A stretch of DNA of 64,000 nt from the IMG/VR virus record IMGVR_UViG_3300032287_001394; one strand, 5' to 3'. Numbering within the stretch: position 1 is the first letter of the stretch; the number at the start of each line of letters is the position of its first letter. This DNA is from a virus. The translations under genes and the position numbers were made by a program. The notes beneath the pieces are model-generated. The model saw only the letters and a list, made by a program, of their open reading frames with translations. It was not told where the DNA came from and searched no databases. This document shows, piece by piece, positions 31,201 to 40,532 of the stretch.

Positions 31201-33115
31201 TAAAACTACATCAAGTTGTCATAACATATTTGTTGGTAGCTGTGCTGGTTTCTGCAACGTTGATGGCGCTAATAATATATTTTTAGGACAGAATGCTGGT
31301 ATAGATCTTTCTGCATCATGTTCAAATCAAATTGTATTGAAAGCAGGTACTAATGAACTTAAAGTAGATTCAGGTGGTTGCTTAACACTTAATGGCTCAG
31401 CTGTAGGTGGTGGTGGTAGTAGTGTATTCCTCCAATGTGGTACCCGTAACATCTCTAGTTGCCTAAGTGGCACCGGTGCATCTGGCACAGATAACATCTT
31501 CATTGGTTTCTGTGCTGGTTTGAACAATACCACTGGCAGCAACAACAACTTCTTTGGAAAATGTGCTGGTGGTTTCTGTGCTGGCAGCGACAACAACTTC
31601 TTTGGTTGCTATGCTGGTAAAGGCAACTATGGCAATAACAACACTTTCATCGGTGCGCGTGCTGGCATGTCCAATACCACTGGCGCTGACAACTTCTTCG
31701 TTGGTAAATATGCTGGTTACCTCAATAACATTGGTAGGAGGAATACCTTCATTGGTTATCAGGCTGGCTACAGTAATACCACTGGCTGCAGTAACACCTT
31801 CATTGGTTATCAGGCTGGCTACACTAATACCACTGGAAATAACAACACATTCATTGGTTGTGCTGCTGGTAAGTACAATACCACTGGCAGCCGCAATAAC
31901 TTCTTTGGTAACTATACTGGTCGCAGCAATACCACTGGTAACCAGAATAACTTCTTTGGCGGTTCTGCTGGCTTCAGTAATACCACTGGCAGTGACAACT
32001 TCTTCGGTGGAGATGCTGCAGGTTATAACAATACCACTGGCAGCAACAACAACTTCATTGGTTTTCAAGCTGGTTTCTGTAATACCACTGGCAGCCATAA
32101 CACCTTCATTGGTTGCTATGCTGGTCGCAGAAATACCACTGGTAGCGACAATATCTTCATAGGTCAATTTGCTGGTCGCTGTAGCACCTATCAATCTGGT
32201 AATATCTTTATTGGTAAGTATGCTGGATGTGCTTCGACAGGCGGTTACTGTAACATTGCTATAGGTGAGCGAGCTGGTGTTAGTCTTGTAGCTGGAGCAA
32301 ATGCATATAATATCCTATTCGGTCATTGTGGTGGGGGTGGTATTACCACCGGTCGCCATAACATCGTAGGTGGTTATCAGGCAGCTGCTACATCAGGTAC
32401 AGGCGCAAATAATGTTATTTTTGGTCAAACAGCTGGTAAACTTCTTGGAGCTGGTAGTCATAATGTCATGATGGGTCAAGCTGCCGGCAGGTATATAAAT
32501 GGCGGAAGCTACAACAACTTCTTTGGTTTGACTGCAGGATATAATACCACTGCCAACCACAACAACTTCTTTGGTCATGAAGCGGGTTTCGAGAATACCA
32601 CTGGCGCTAGTAACATATTCCTTGGCCAATGTGCTGGTCGCTGTAATACCACTGGCTCCAACAACATCTTGATAGGATGTGGAGCTGGATCAGGAGCTGC
32701 TGGATTGTGCAATATTACTGCTCAGTCTAACTTCATCATTATGGGTAACTCATGCCATACCTGTGCATTGATCCAAACTGCTTGGACAGCAGTATCTGAC
32801 ATCCGTGATAAATGCATATTTGGAACAGTTCCACATGGTCGTGGGTTCTTACAAGGAATTAATCCAATTGCCTTTGCATTTAAAGATAGACAAACTGGTT
32901 GCTTGACAGATCCTGAAGGTACACGTCGTTATGGTTTCTCAGCGCAAGAGATAGCTGAATTAGAAGGAGATTCTAAAGTTATTGCTTCAACAGAAGATCC
33001 TGAAAAACTCAAGATCACCAGCGATTATCTCGTACCAGTCTTGGTGAATGCTGTCAAAGAGCTTTCAGCAGAACTAGACGCATTAAAAGCAAGGGTTGAA
33101 GCTTTAGAAGCATAA
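28205..33115 (+). CDS. Giant Cys-rich tail fibre/adhesin: collagen-like segment, 14-aa beta-helix repeats, C-terminal peptidase-S74-type chaperone
   Basis: QHRR...GAAGEIFYD N-terminus; GAT/GAS collagen; dozens of NTTGxxNxFxGxxAG repeats; SDIRDK...YGFSAQE...LVNAVKEL..ELDALKARVEALE C-terminus. Confidence 0.8.
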   Translation: MPKTLQHRRDTTANLASVTGAAGEIFYDTTKDTLVVMDGTTAGGFPLEKEGAGTGATGIRGASGVQGASGVQGASGSTGLTGSTGAQGPQGNFGGATFDYTFDSSTTASDPGTGKIRFNAAVSSATAMYIDAANDAATNISSFLSTIDDSTSTIKGHFRISKKTDESAFALYTITSLTDNTGWFTVNCSYVSGNSTFSNSDDIIVTFQRTGDKGDTGLTGATGSAGTNGATGSAGTNGATGSAGANGATGVTGASGVGATGVAGASGADSTVAGATGPAGANGATGAAGASGAGAAAIFNQCGTRNIISCLSRSTTGNDNFFSGRCAGGASATGNYNNLMGTYAGTNLTSGAGNNFFGRRAGQSDTTGGCNNFLGVSAGFSSTTGSENNFFGRLSGYYNSSGSYNNFFGLYAGHCNTAGCHNNYFGKMAGRCSRNSSHNVFIGMCAGYYNTSACNNIFMGYYAGKGTTAITGSNNIALGCYAGCALSTGFSNVIFGYAAAMGLTSGSNNFISGNSAAQLMTTGCYNTIIGNNAGRNTTTASHNIFIGMCAGNKTTSAVNNIFLGRVAGFCNTTGACNFFAGHYAAYKNTTGSNNVYIGYLTGGCNTSGNYNTGLTSNALFSNTTGNYNTAIGQKAGYCNTTGSNNAFFGMCAGYANTTGTNNIFIGCTAGLCNTIGTQNIFLGDDVGFRNTTGNNNIFIGQCAGCCNVTGSSNLIIGAYTAGGNINNTIFLKAGTNNLQVCGSGCLLVNGSAVGGGGSSVFVQCGTANITSCLSGTGASGTDNILIGCSAGFCNTTGSCNFFAGFCAGFKNTTGRNNTFIGSQTGCSNTVGRDNFFVGSNAGRSNTSGGYNNFFGVESGNCNTSGSHNNFFGRGSGRCNTSGGCNFFSGYYAGFNNTTGDNNIFLGCYAGKSNTGGYANIAIGGCSGCGLTTGCFNTVIGCKAGQRLQTGSHNFLSGFAVGVYGQTQSHTIAIGFCSGAYTGQSGTPQDNIFLGRCSGYKTTSSCHNIFVGSCAGFCNVDGANNIFLGQNAGIDLSASCSNQIVLKAGTNELKVDSGGCLTLNGSAVGGGGSSVFLQCGTRNISSCLSGTGASGTDNIFIGFCAGLNNTTGSNNNFFGKCAGGFCAGSDNNFFGCYAGKGNYGNNNTFIGARAGMSNTTGADNFFVGKYAGYLNNIGRRNTFIGYQAGYSNTTGCSNTFIGYQAGYTNTTGNNNTFIGCAAGKYNTTGSRNNFFGNYTGRSNTTGNQNNFFGGSAGFSNTTGSDNFFGGDAAGYNNTTGSNNNFIGFQAGFCNTTGSHNTFIGCYAGRRNTTGSDNIFIGQFAGRCSTYQSGNIFIGKYAGCASTGGYCNIAIGERAGVSLVAGANAYNILFGHCGGGGITTGRHNIVGGYQAAATSGTGANNVIFGQTAGKLLGAGSHNVMMGQAAGRYINGGSYNNFFGLTAGYNTTANHNNFFGHEAGFENTTGASNIFLGQCAGRCNTTGSNNILIGCGAGSGAAGLCNITAQSNFIIMGNSCHTCALIQTAWTAVSDIRDKCIFGTVPHGRGFLQGINPIAFAFKDRQTGCLTDPEGTRRYGFSAQEIAELEGDSKVIASTEDPEKLKITSDYLVPVLVNAVKELSAELDALKARVEALEA

Positions 33116-33119
33116 TAAT

Positions 33120-33148
33120 TGTACTTAAATTAGGGGATCATATATAAT
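33120..33148 (+). promoter_or_regulatory. Sigma70-like phage promoter TGTACT-N17-TATAAT
   Basis: TGTACT 33120-25, exactly 17 nt, TATAAT 33143-48; preceded by AATAAT as in the other copies. Confidence 0.65.
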
Positions 33149-33169
33149 AGTATATGATCTCCTTTTTTT
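33132..33169 (+). terminator. Rho-independent terminator after the giant fibre gene
   Basis: AGGGGATCATATA-TAATAG-TATATGATCTCCT stem-loop running into a T7 tract. Confidence 0.8.
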
Positions 33170-33189
33170 ATGCTTTGTTGTAAAATAAT

Positions 33190-33218
33190 TGTACTATAAA
33201 TAAAAAGTGATGTATAAT
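33190..33218 (+). promoter_or_regulatory. Sigma70-like promoter TGTACT-N17-TATAAT with overlapping late promoter TATAAATA (33195-33202)
   Basis: Both motifs exact; directly upstream of the glycosylation locus. Confidence 0.7.
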
Positions 33219-33251
33219 CATATCATAAACCAAATTATCTTTGAGTATATT

Positions 33252-33896
33252 ATGAAAAAAATATTAATCGCTACACCATGTTTAGATCAAAAAGTCGATG
33301 CTTATTTCGTTCACAGTCTTTGTGAATCTATCAAATTAGGTCTGAAAAACGACCTAGATATCCGTTGTGTATTCCTAGCTAATGAAAGCATGCTGCCTAT
33401 AGCTAGAAATGAACTATTTTCCCTCTCCTACAAATCAAATGATGATGCTATGGTGTTTATCGATGATGATGAATACTGGGATGCATCTGCCCTGATTAAT
33501 ATATTGCTGTCTAAAAAAGACGTAATATCAGTTCCAGTTGTTAATAAGGGTGATAAAAAGATAGAATATAATGTTTTTTTAGATGAGGATGCCGAAATTG
33601 ATCCATTAGATGGTTATATTAAGCTTAATAAAACTGGCACTGGATTTTTAAAAATGTCAAGGCAGGTTATTGCTGATCTATGGGAATCAAATATAGAATT
33701 GGAATTTAGAAATAAAAAATTAAAAAATATCTGTGAATATACCTATGAAAATGGATTATTTATCGGCGAAGATATCACTCTCAGTAAAAAAATCATAGAA
33801 CTAGGTTATACTATTTGGTGTGATCCTAGTCATACTGTATCACATATCGGCAATAAGATGTATCAGGGTGATTTCAAGAAAAGCAGAAATCTATGA
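33252..33896 (+). CDS. GT-A fold glycosyltransferase-like protein
   Basis: KILIATP, ARNEL, FIDDD (DxD), GTGFLKM, GEDI, H-I-G. ATG at 33252 preferred over the track start 33207. Confidence 0.7.
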   Translation: MKKILIATPCLDQKVDAYFVHSLCESIKLGLKNDLDIRCVFLANESMLPIARNELFSLSYKSNDDAMVFIDDDEYWDASALINILLSKKDVISVPVVNKGDKKIEYNVFLDEDAEIDPLDGYIKLNKTGTGFLKMSRQVIADLWESNIELEFRNKKLKNICEYTYENGLFIGEDITLSKKIIELGYTIWCDPSHTVSHIGNKMYQGDFKKSRNL

Positions 33897-35185
33897 TTGA
33901 TTTAGTTATTCCTACCATGTGGGTTGTAGAAGGTGTTATCGATAAACTACAAAAATATGTACAAAATCCTTTAATTAAAAAGATTATCCTAATTGATAAC
34001 AATCCAAAAAAACGTCCAGCAGACGCAATATTGAGCAATAGCAAAATCGAATTAGTTTGCTATGGATATAATATATTTGTTAATCCAGCTTGGAACGAAG
34101 GATATTTGAGGTCAACGACAGATGTTGTGGCATTTGTCAATGATGATATATTTATCGATGATGATGTTTTTAACACCGTTGATAACTTTAATTTAAAACC
34201 TGGAGAAATGATCGGAGTAAATCTTAGAGGGTATAAAGATAACTATAAGATAGACGACTACATTGACACTAAAGAAGAAATAGTTGATTTGAACTATGAT
34301 CGAAAGTTTCCCATAGGTGGTCAAGCTTGGGCATTTGGCATCTGTATGTTTATACATAGAAAAACTTATAAATTAATTCCTAGCTTATACAAAGTATGGT
34401 ATGGTGATGATTATCTGGCACAACACGCAGATAAAGTTTATGCGCTTAACAGCAATAAAATTAAAGGTGAAATATCAGGAACACTTAAAACTTTCGAAGA
34501 TCCTAACAGTGAAATATCTAAGCGCATAGAATTAGATTCTATAAATCTTGTTAAACATGCTGATTTTTTTAATGATGAAAATTGGGATATATCTAAAAAA
34601 ATAGTTAAACAATTTCAAGACTCACGTGAGTCAAAAAATAAGTATATAAATATCTTAGCTAATGAGTACCAAAGAGCCAAGACCCAGCCTAGTGATATAT
34701 ACGAAAATGTACATATATTATATGATCTAGCCCAAGAGTGTCAACATGTAACAGAGATGGGAGTACGCACAGGAGTCAGTACTAGAGCACTGTTAAATTC
34801 TAATGTAGAATTGGTGTCTTATGATATTGAGTTGAACAAAACGGTTTCTGATTTATTTAATGTTGCTAAAATAGCTGGTAAGAATGCAAAATATATAAAA
34901 GCTAACGTTTTAACAGTTGAAATTGATGAAACAGATATGTTGTTTATTGATACACTACATACTTATACTCAATTAGAACAAGAATTAAATCTTCATGCTG
35001 GGAAAGTGAAAAAGTATATTGCTTTTCATGATACTCATACATTTGGATTACGTGGTGAAGTTGGTATAGATAATAAAGGATTGTTGTCGGCTATAATAGA
35101 ATTTTTAGTTGATCATCCTGAATGGCGATTTAAAATTTATAAAACAAATAATAACGGGTTTACCGTTTTAGAAAGAGTGAATTAA
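33893..35185 (+). CDS. GT2 glycosyltransferase fused to class I SAM methyltransferase
   Basis: DLVIPTM...VNPAWNEG...VNDD...WYGDD (GT2); EMGVRTGVST...DMLFIDTLHTY...FHDT (Methyltransf_24-like). Confidence 0.75.
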   Translation: MIDLVIPTMWVVEGVIDKLQKYVQNPLIKKIILIDNNPKKRPADAILSNSKIELVCYGYNIFVNPAWNEGYLRSTTDVVAFVNDDIFIDDDVFNTVDNFNLKPGEMIGVNLRGYKDNYKIDDYIDTKEEIVDLNYDRKFPIGGQAWAFGICMFIHRKTYKLIPSLYKVWYGDDYLAQHADKVYALNSNKIKGEISGTLKTFEDPNSEISKRIELDSINLVKHADFFNDENWDISKKIVKQFQDSRESKNKYINILANEYQRAKTQPSDIYENVHILYDLAQECQHVTEMGVRTGVSTRALLNSNVELVSYDIELNKTVSDLFNVAKIAGKNAKYIKANVLTVEIDETDMLFIDTLHTYTQLEQELNLHAGKVKKYIAFHDTHTFGLRGEVGIDNKGLLSAIIEFLVDHPEWRFKIYKTNNNGFTVLERVN

Positions 35186-36082
35186 ATGAAATATAGCATT
35201 TTTCATATACAAGGTGGATTAGGTAAACATGTTGCCGCTACTGCAGTAGCACAAGCAATCAAAAAAAATCATCCAGATCGTCAACTAATAGTTGTATGTG
35301 CGTATCCAGACGTATTTTTAAACCTAGATTTTGTTGATCGTGTATACATGATTGGCGGAACCCAATATTTTTATCAAGAATATGTGCACGAGAAAGATTC
35401 TATAATTTTTCATAATGAACCTTATTATACAACCAATCATGTCCATAAGAAAAAACGATTAATAGAAAATTGGTGTGATATGTATGGGTTAAAATATGAT
35501 GGAGAGTTGCCCAAAGTTAAGTTCAATACTTTACAATTTAATCTTTCTAAGAGTTTTTGGACTAAAAAGAAACCTATCATGGTTATACACACTAATGGTG
35601 GATTGATGTCTTTAGATGCTAAACCTTATGCATGGACTCGAGATATGCCATTTGATATAGCTCAACAATTAGTAGATCATTACAAAAAAGATTATCATAT
35701 ATATCAAGTAACAAAAATAAACTCTAAAAAATTGGAAGGTGCAGATCACATTTTTGCAGCAAATAACCAAGTGCTGTCTACCCTTGAATTTTTTAGTTTA
35801 ATGCTTCATACTAAAAAGCGTATACTGATTGACTCATCTTTACAACACGTAGCTGCAGCGATGAAATTAAAATCAACTGTGCTTTGGAATGGAACCAGTC
35901 CTAAAGTATTTGGATATGATATTCATGATAATATATCTACTGATGTGCCATATGATTTTAAATTGCCAGGAAGTTATCTATTCGATTTTGACTTTAATGG
36001 TAATGAATTAGAATATCCATTTTCAGAAGATGTTAAACTATTTGATATTAATAAGATTATCGAATCAGTGGATAAACAATAA
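35186..36082 (+). CDS. Putative GT-B glycosyltransferase (GT9/heptosyltransferase-like)
   Basis: GGLGKHV N-terminus and IDSSLQHVAAAM...STVLW, resembling the GT9 DSG..H.A.A motif. Confidence 0.55.
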   Translation: MKYSIFHIQGGLGKHVAATAVAQAIKKNHPDRQLIVVCAYPDVFLNLDFVDRVYMIGGTQYFYQEYVHEKDSIIFHNEPYYTTNHVHKKKRLIENWCDMYGLKYDGELPKVKFNTLQFNLSKSFWTKKKPIMVIHTNGGLMSLDAKPYAWTRDMPFDIAQQLVDHYKKDYHIYQVTKINSKKLEGADHIFAANNQVLSTLEFFSLMLHTKKRILIDSSLQHVAAAMKLKSTVLWNGTSPKVFGYDIHDNISTDVPYDFKLPGSYLFDFDFNGNELEYPFSEDVKLFDINKIIESVDKQ

Positions 36083-36093
36083 GGGAGAATATA

Positions 36094-37011
36094 ATGTCAG
36101 ATGAATTAAATAAAAAAACTTATTATTTTATGGCAGGTTTACCAAGATCTGGTAGTACCATGCTTTCAGCAATCTTAAATCAAAATCCAAGATTTTACTC
36201 AGGACCAAGTTCACCAGTGACTGGTTTAATGGTTGCATTAGAAAATGTATTAAGTTCGGATGAATTATTCCTAGCTTATCCAAAAATTGATCAGGCAAAA
36301 GAAATAATTTCAAATGTACTCCATCACTACTATACTGATGTTAATAAACCTGTGATTTTTGATAAAAATCGTTCTTGGGTCAACAGACTGCACTATATTC
36401 CAGGATATTTTGGTTTCCAACCTAAAGTATTATGTCCTGTACGTAATATAGATGAGATACTTACTTCTTTTATCAATATGCATAAACGCAATCCTTATGA
36501 AACAAATGGTAAAATTAATTTTATGGATGACATGCTTGTTAAGAGTAACTTACCATTGACTGATGATAATAGATGTGAATTTTTAGCTAGTCCAAATGGT
36601 ATACTAGGACAGAGTTATAATGCTATCAAACAAGTATTGATGGAAGGTCGTGAAAATCAATTACACTTTGTTGAGTATGATGAGTTGACAACCAATCCTA
36701 AAGAAACTATGAAAAAGATCTATGAGTTTTTAGAAGAACCATACTTTGAACATGACTTTTCTAACTTAGTCAATCAACATCAAGAAAATGATGCTCAGGT
36801 GTATGGATTGGCTGATATGCATGTTGTTAGGAATGAACTCAAGAAGACATCATCAAATCCTGAAGAAGTACTATCTCAAAAGATCTTACAACAATGTGAG
36901 GGTGCAGAATTCTGGAGAGATCTTGGAGAATACAATCCAGATACACAAATTGAAGATATAAATAATACATCGGATAACAGATCTGATGACACTAAACTTA
37001 TAGGAGAATAA
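36094..37011 (+). CDS. Sulfotransferase
   Basis: GLPRSGSTMLSAILNQNP (5'-PSB loop), VR...EILTS (3'-PB), VEYDEL..NP. Confidence 0.85.
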   Translation: MSDELNKKTYYFMAGLPRSGSTMLSAILNQNPRFYSGPSSPVTGLMVALENVLSSDELFLAYPKIDQAKEIISNVLHHYYTDVNKPVIFDKNRSWVNRLHYIPGYFGFQPKVLCPVRNIDEILTSFINMHKRNPYETNGKINFMDDMLVKSNLPLTDDNRCEFLASPNGILGQSYNAIKQVLMEGRENQLHFVEYDELTTNPKETMKKIYEFLEEPYFEHDFSNLVNQHQENDAQVYGLADMHVVRNELKKTSSNPEEVLSQKILQQCEGAEFWRDLGEYNPDTQIEDINNTSDNRSDDTKLIGE

Positions 37012-37012
37012 C

Positions 37013-37294
37013 ATGTCAGAAACCATTGAACAACGTACTATTGAACAAATTCGTGAAACTATCAAAGCAGCTAAAGACAGTGTTTGGGTAATTAATGACT
37101 CTATTGAAAAATTAACTAATGGACAAGAACCATCAAACGAATTAAAGAATAACATTCAAAGTAATGTTGATCATCTAAAGTTAGTTGTTGCTGATGTAGA
37201 AATTACAGCTTCTGGTGAAGATATCTCAGAATTAACTGCAGGTATATCAGCTGGTGAAGATAAACTTTCATCAACTACTTGGCCAACAGAATAA
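37013..37294 (+). CDS. Hypothetical protein
   Basis: 93-aa ORF with AGGAG RBS. Confidence 0.6.
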   Translation: MSETIEQRTIEQIRETIKAAKDSVWVINDSIEKLTNGQEPSNELKNNIQSNVDHLKLVVADVEITASGEDISELTAGISAGEDKLSSTTWPTE

Positions 37295-37310
37295 TAAAAA
37301 TTGATTAGAT

Positions 37311-37331
37311 CCTCGGCTAAACCGAGGTTTT
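37311..37331 (+). terminator. Rho-independent terminator
   Basis: CCTCGG-CTAAA-CCGAGG followed by TTTT. Confidence 0.6.
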
Positions 37332-37341
37332 AATTATAATC

Positions 37342-38121
37342 ATGGAACATATTATGGATAACAATGACATTGTAGTAATTACTGGAGGGTTTGATCCTCT
37401 GCATTCTGGTCATATCGACTACATCAACTCTGCAGCAGAACTTGGTCGTGTCTTTATTGGAGTTAACTCTGATGAATGGTTAACTCGTAAAAAGGGTAAA
37501 GCATTCCTTCCATTGGAAGAAAGGTTGAACATCTTAAGTAATCTTAAGAGAGTCATGATGGCAGTTCCTCTTGATGATTCAGATGGCACAGCAAAAGATG
37601 CTATTCGTCAAGCTAGAAAATGGTTCCCTAAAAATAAGATTATATTTGCAAATGGCGGAGATAGGACACAGGATAACATTCCTGAGATGGACATCGATGA
37701 TGATAATATCGAGTTTAGGTTTGGAGTAGGCGGGGAAGATAAGAAGAACTCAAGCTCATGGATACTATCAGAATGGAAAGCTCCAAAGACAGAACGTCCA
37801 TGGGGATACTATAGAGTATTGCATACAGAAGGCCATGAAGTAAAAGTCAAAGAGCTTACTGTAAACCCAAGCCAAGCTTTAAGTATGCAAAAGCATGCTA
37901 ACAGAAATGAATATTGGTTGGTGTCTGAAGGTCAAGCTACTGTTCATGATGGTCATGAAGAAGTTGTGATCAATAAACATTCTAACTTTAATATCCCATT
38001 TAATCAATGGCATCAATTATTTAATAAAACAGATGAGCCTCTTAAGATAATAGAAATCCAATACGGTACACTTTGCGATGAGGAAGATATTGAAAGATTG
38101 CCAAATCCCGTTCAAGTTTAA
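37342..38121 (+). CDS. Cytidylyltransferase-like nucleotidyltransferase fused to mannose-6-phosphate-isomerase-type cupin
   Basis: TGGFDPLHSGH (HxGH), NSDEWL.RKKG, FANGGDR, KKNSSS; then RPWGYY...SMQKH..RNEYW...EIQYG..C.EEDIER. Confidence 0.85.
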   Translation: MEHIMDNNDIVVITGGFDPLHSGHIDYINSAAELGRVFIGVNSDEWLTRKKGKAFLPLEERLNILSNLKRVMMAVPLDDSDGTAKDAIRQARKWFPKNKIIFANGGDRTQDNIPEMDIDDDNIEFRFGVGGEDKKNSSSWILSEWKAPKTERPWGYYRVLHTEGHEVKVKELTVNPSQALSMQKHANRNEYWLVSEGQATVHDGHEEVVINKHSNFNIPFNQWHQLFNKTDEPLKIIEIQYGTLCDEEDIERLPNPVQV

Positions 38122-38452
38122 GTCTGAACATCCAAAGACATGGTTCTTTGATCTTGATGGCACCATCTTAGAATACAACCTGATATTCTCAGCTGTAGGA
38201 AAAGATAAGCTACTACCAGGAGTCAAAGAATTATGGGTTGCTATCCCTAAGAAAGACTTCATAGTCCTAGTTACAGCTAGACCCATGTATCTTAAGGATG
38301 TTACTCTTAAGTTCTTAGAAAAGAATGGTATCAGGTTCGATCATGTCATATTCGATTTACCAAGAGGTGAACGTATATTAGTCAATGACGAGAAGCCTGG
38401 TAATATCACTACAGCATATGCATGGAACGTTGAAAGGAATAAAGGATTTTGA
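38078..38452 (+). CDS. HAD-superfamily phosphatase-like protein
   Basis: FFDLDGTI (DxDGT), VTAR, VNDE. Confidence 0.7.
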   Translation: MRKILKDCQIPFKFKSEHPKTWFFDLDGTILEYNLIFSAVGKDKLLPGVKELWVAIPKKDFIVLVTARPMYLKDVTLKFLEKNGIRFDHVIFDLPRGERILVNDEKPGNITTAYAWNVERNKGF

Positions 38453-38895
38453 AGATATTAATCATGGGTCTTCCAGGTTCTGGTAAGACGACTCTAGCAG
38501 AAGAGTTAAAGAGAGTATTATTAGAAGATGGTAAGTCAGTCTTATGGCTTAACGCTGATAATATTCGTAAGATCCATGATGACTGGGACTTTAGTGCTGA
38601 AGGTAGACTAAGACAAGCTACACGAATGGTTAGCTACGCTGATGTATCTGATGATGACTATGTCATAGCAGATTTTGTCTGTCCTCTTCCAGAGATGAGA
38701 GAGATATTTGGCGCTGATTTTACTATATGGGTAGACACTATAGGTTCGGGTAGGTTTGAAGATACAAATAAAGCATTTCAAAAGCCTGACACGTTCAATA
38801 TCAGGGTCACAGAGCAAGACTGTAAAAAGTGGGCACAGATCATAATAGATAAACTGAGGAATAACTATGTCACAAGTGAAGTTTCATACAGTTGA
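38449..38895 (+). CDS. cysC: Adenylyl-sulfate (APS) kinase-like
   Basis: ILIMGLPGSGKTTLA P-loop, LNADNIR, DFSAEGRLRQA, ADFVCP, FQKP. Confidence 0.7.
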   Translation: MKILIMGLPGSGKTTLAEELKRVLLEDGKSVLWLNADNIRKIHDDWDFSAEGRLRQATRMVSYADVSDDDYVIADFVCPLPEMREIFGADFTIWVDTIGSGRFEDTNKAFQKPDTFNIRVTEQDCKKWAQIIIDKLRNNYVTSEVSYS

Positions 38896-40468
38896 CCAAC
38901 CGAATTCGGATACAACAACATTTGTACTATCTTGTAATAGACTTGACGTCTTAGCCAAGACACTTCAATCATTTTTTGATACACAAGACTACGTTACCAA
39001 GATGGTCATCGTGGATGACTCAGCCGAGCCTGGTGTATTTGAGAAGCTTGTAGAAGAGTATGGAGATATATGCGACGTCATATGTTTCCCACGTAATCGT
39101 TCACAATGGTGGGCCATGGACTTCATGGTATCTTACTGTGATTCAGAATACATCTTTTACCTTGAGGATGACTGGGAATTCGTTCAATCAGGTTATCTTA
39201 ACAAATCAAAACAAATCTTACAAAAATACAGGGATGTCGGCGTAGTCGATACATCATGGCGTACGTTTGAATTCCAAGGTATAGACCCATATCACAAAGG
39301 TCTGGTCGATGATATGTTTTATTGGAAGAAACCATGGAAAATTACAGACGGTCACCTAGCTTGGCATGCATGGGTTGGATCTCCAAATTTAAGACGCAGA
39401 GACGATCTTATCATGTTAGGTCGTGTAGAGAAGTGGCATAATGAATGGAACATCGATCGTAAGTTTACTGCACTAGGATTTAAAGGTGTATTCCTCAATG
39501 GAGAATACTCAAGACATTTAGGTGATAAATGCTCAAAGATGAAAGATAAACGTCCAGATGATTCAAAAATCCCATATGACTTCTATCCAAAAGAAGTATT
39601 AGCGAATCGTCGAGCACCTTATATCAACTACAAAGAGATGGATCATATCTATGAGTATCCTGCAGACGTAACATTAGTTACTATGGCAGTAGACATATCT
39701 CGTGGAGATCGTTCTTTCGAAGAACACTACATCAAAGGTCTAGATCACCTACTAGCTGTGCGTAACCCACTAGTCGTCTATGCAGATCCAAAGCATCATG
39801 ACTATATTAAACAAAGACGTAAACAACTAAACATAGCTACATCTAATAATAGGATTGAAGTAAGAAGCATCACATTACAAGATATCGAACACAGGACTCC
39901 ATTTAAAAAGATCCAAGATATCATAAAGAATCCAGAATGGATAAGTCAATCTCATTGGATCAAAGGTTCTGCTCTAACTAATCCTTACTACATACCACTA
40001 ACTCTTATAAAGAACGAGTTACTTGCACAAGTTGCTAACTCAAATCCTATGGGATCTAAACGATTCTATTGGGTAGATTCAGGTATGTCAAGTAGTTTTA
40101 AGTTAGACGAACCTATCATGACGTGGAACTTCTTATTCTTACCAAAAGATAAGTTCTTCTTAACTTCATATCCATATCAGACTAATTCTGAAATCCATGG
40201 GTGTAATATAAATACGATGACAGATATAGTTGGTAAAAAACCAGAATATGTTTGTCGTGCAACATTATTTGGTGGATCTAAAGAACAGATCGCCGAGTTC
40301 AATCATAAATATTTTGATCTGATTAAGACTACCCTCGATAAAGGCAGTATCGGTACAGAAGAGGCTATGTTTACAATGGTTGAGATGAAGTATCCTCAAT
40401 TAGTCAATAGATTTCCTATGCCTAATGGAGATATAAAGAATTACCTAAATACTATAAGGAATAGATAG
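38867..40468 (+). CDS. GT2-like glycosyltransferase fused to HtrL/YibB-like domain
   Basis: LSCNR..L..TL.SF, IVDDS, FYLEDDW; second domain TLVTMAVDI.R...YWVDSG...TLFGG...GTEE. Confidence 0.65.
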   Translation: MSQVKFHTVDQPNSDTTTFVLSCNRLDVLAKTLQSFFDTQDYVTKMVIVDDSAEPGVFEKLVEEYGDICDVICFPRNRSQWWAMDFMVSYCDSEYIFYLEDDWEFVQSGYLNKSKQILQKYRDVGVVDTSWRTFEFQGIDPYHKGLVDDMFYWKKPWKITDGHLAWHAWVGSPNLRRRDDLIMLGRVEKWHNEWNIDRKFTALGFKGVFLNGEYSRHLGDKCSKMKDKRPDDSKIPYDFYPKEVLANRRAPYINYKEMDHIYEYPADVTLVTMAVDISRGDRSFEEHYIKGLDHLLAVRNPLVVYADPKHHDYIKQRRKQLNIATSNNRIEVRSITLQDIEHRTPFKKIQDIIKNPEWISQSHWIKGSALTNPYYIPLTLIKNELLAQVANSNPMGSKRFYWVDSGMSSSFKLDEPIMTWNFLFLPKDKFFLTSYPYQTNSEIHGCNINTMTDIVGKKPEYVCRATLFGGSKEQIAEFNHKYFDLIKTTLDKGSIGTEEAMFTMVEMKYPQLVNRFPMPNGDIKNYLNTIRNR

Positions 40469-40532
40469 TGAAGCTTCCATATGGATATGTATTTAAAACA
40501 ATTAATTTATTTTTTATTTAAAGGAATGTGAG

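Noticed and set aside
29334-32629. Alternative-frame ORFs inside the giant fibre gene (e.g. 31554-32162 +, 31463-32194 -)
   Set aside because: Products of the 42-nt repeat periodicity lacking stops in other frames; no RBS or independent motifs.
28205-33115. Possible diversity-generating retroelement (Mtd-like N-terminus, AAC-rich repeats)
   Set aside because: No reverse transcriptase in the window and no template/variable repeat pair differing only at adenines; AAC richness reflects Asn codons.
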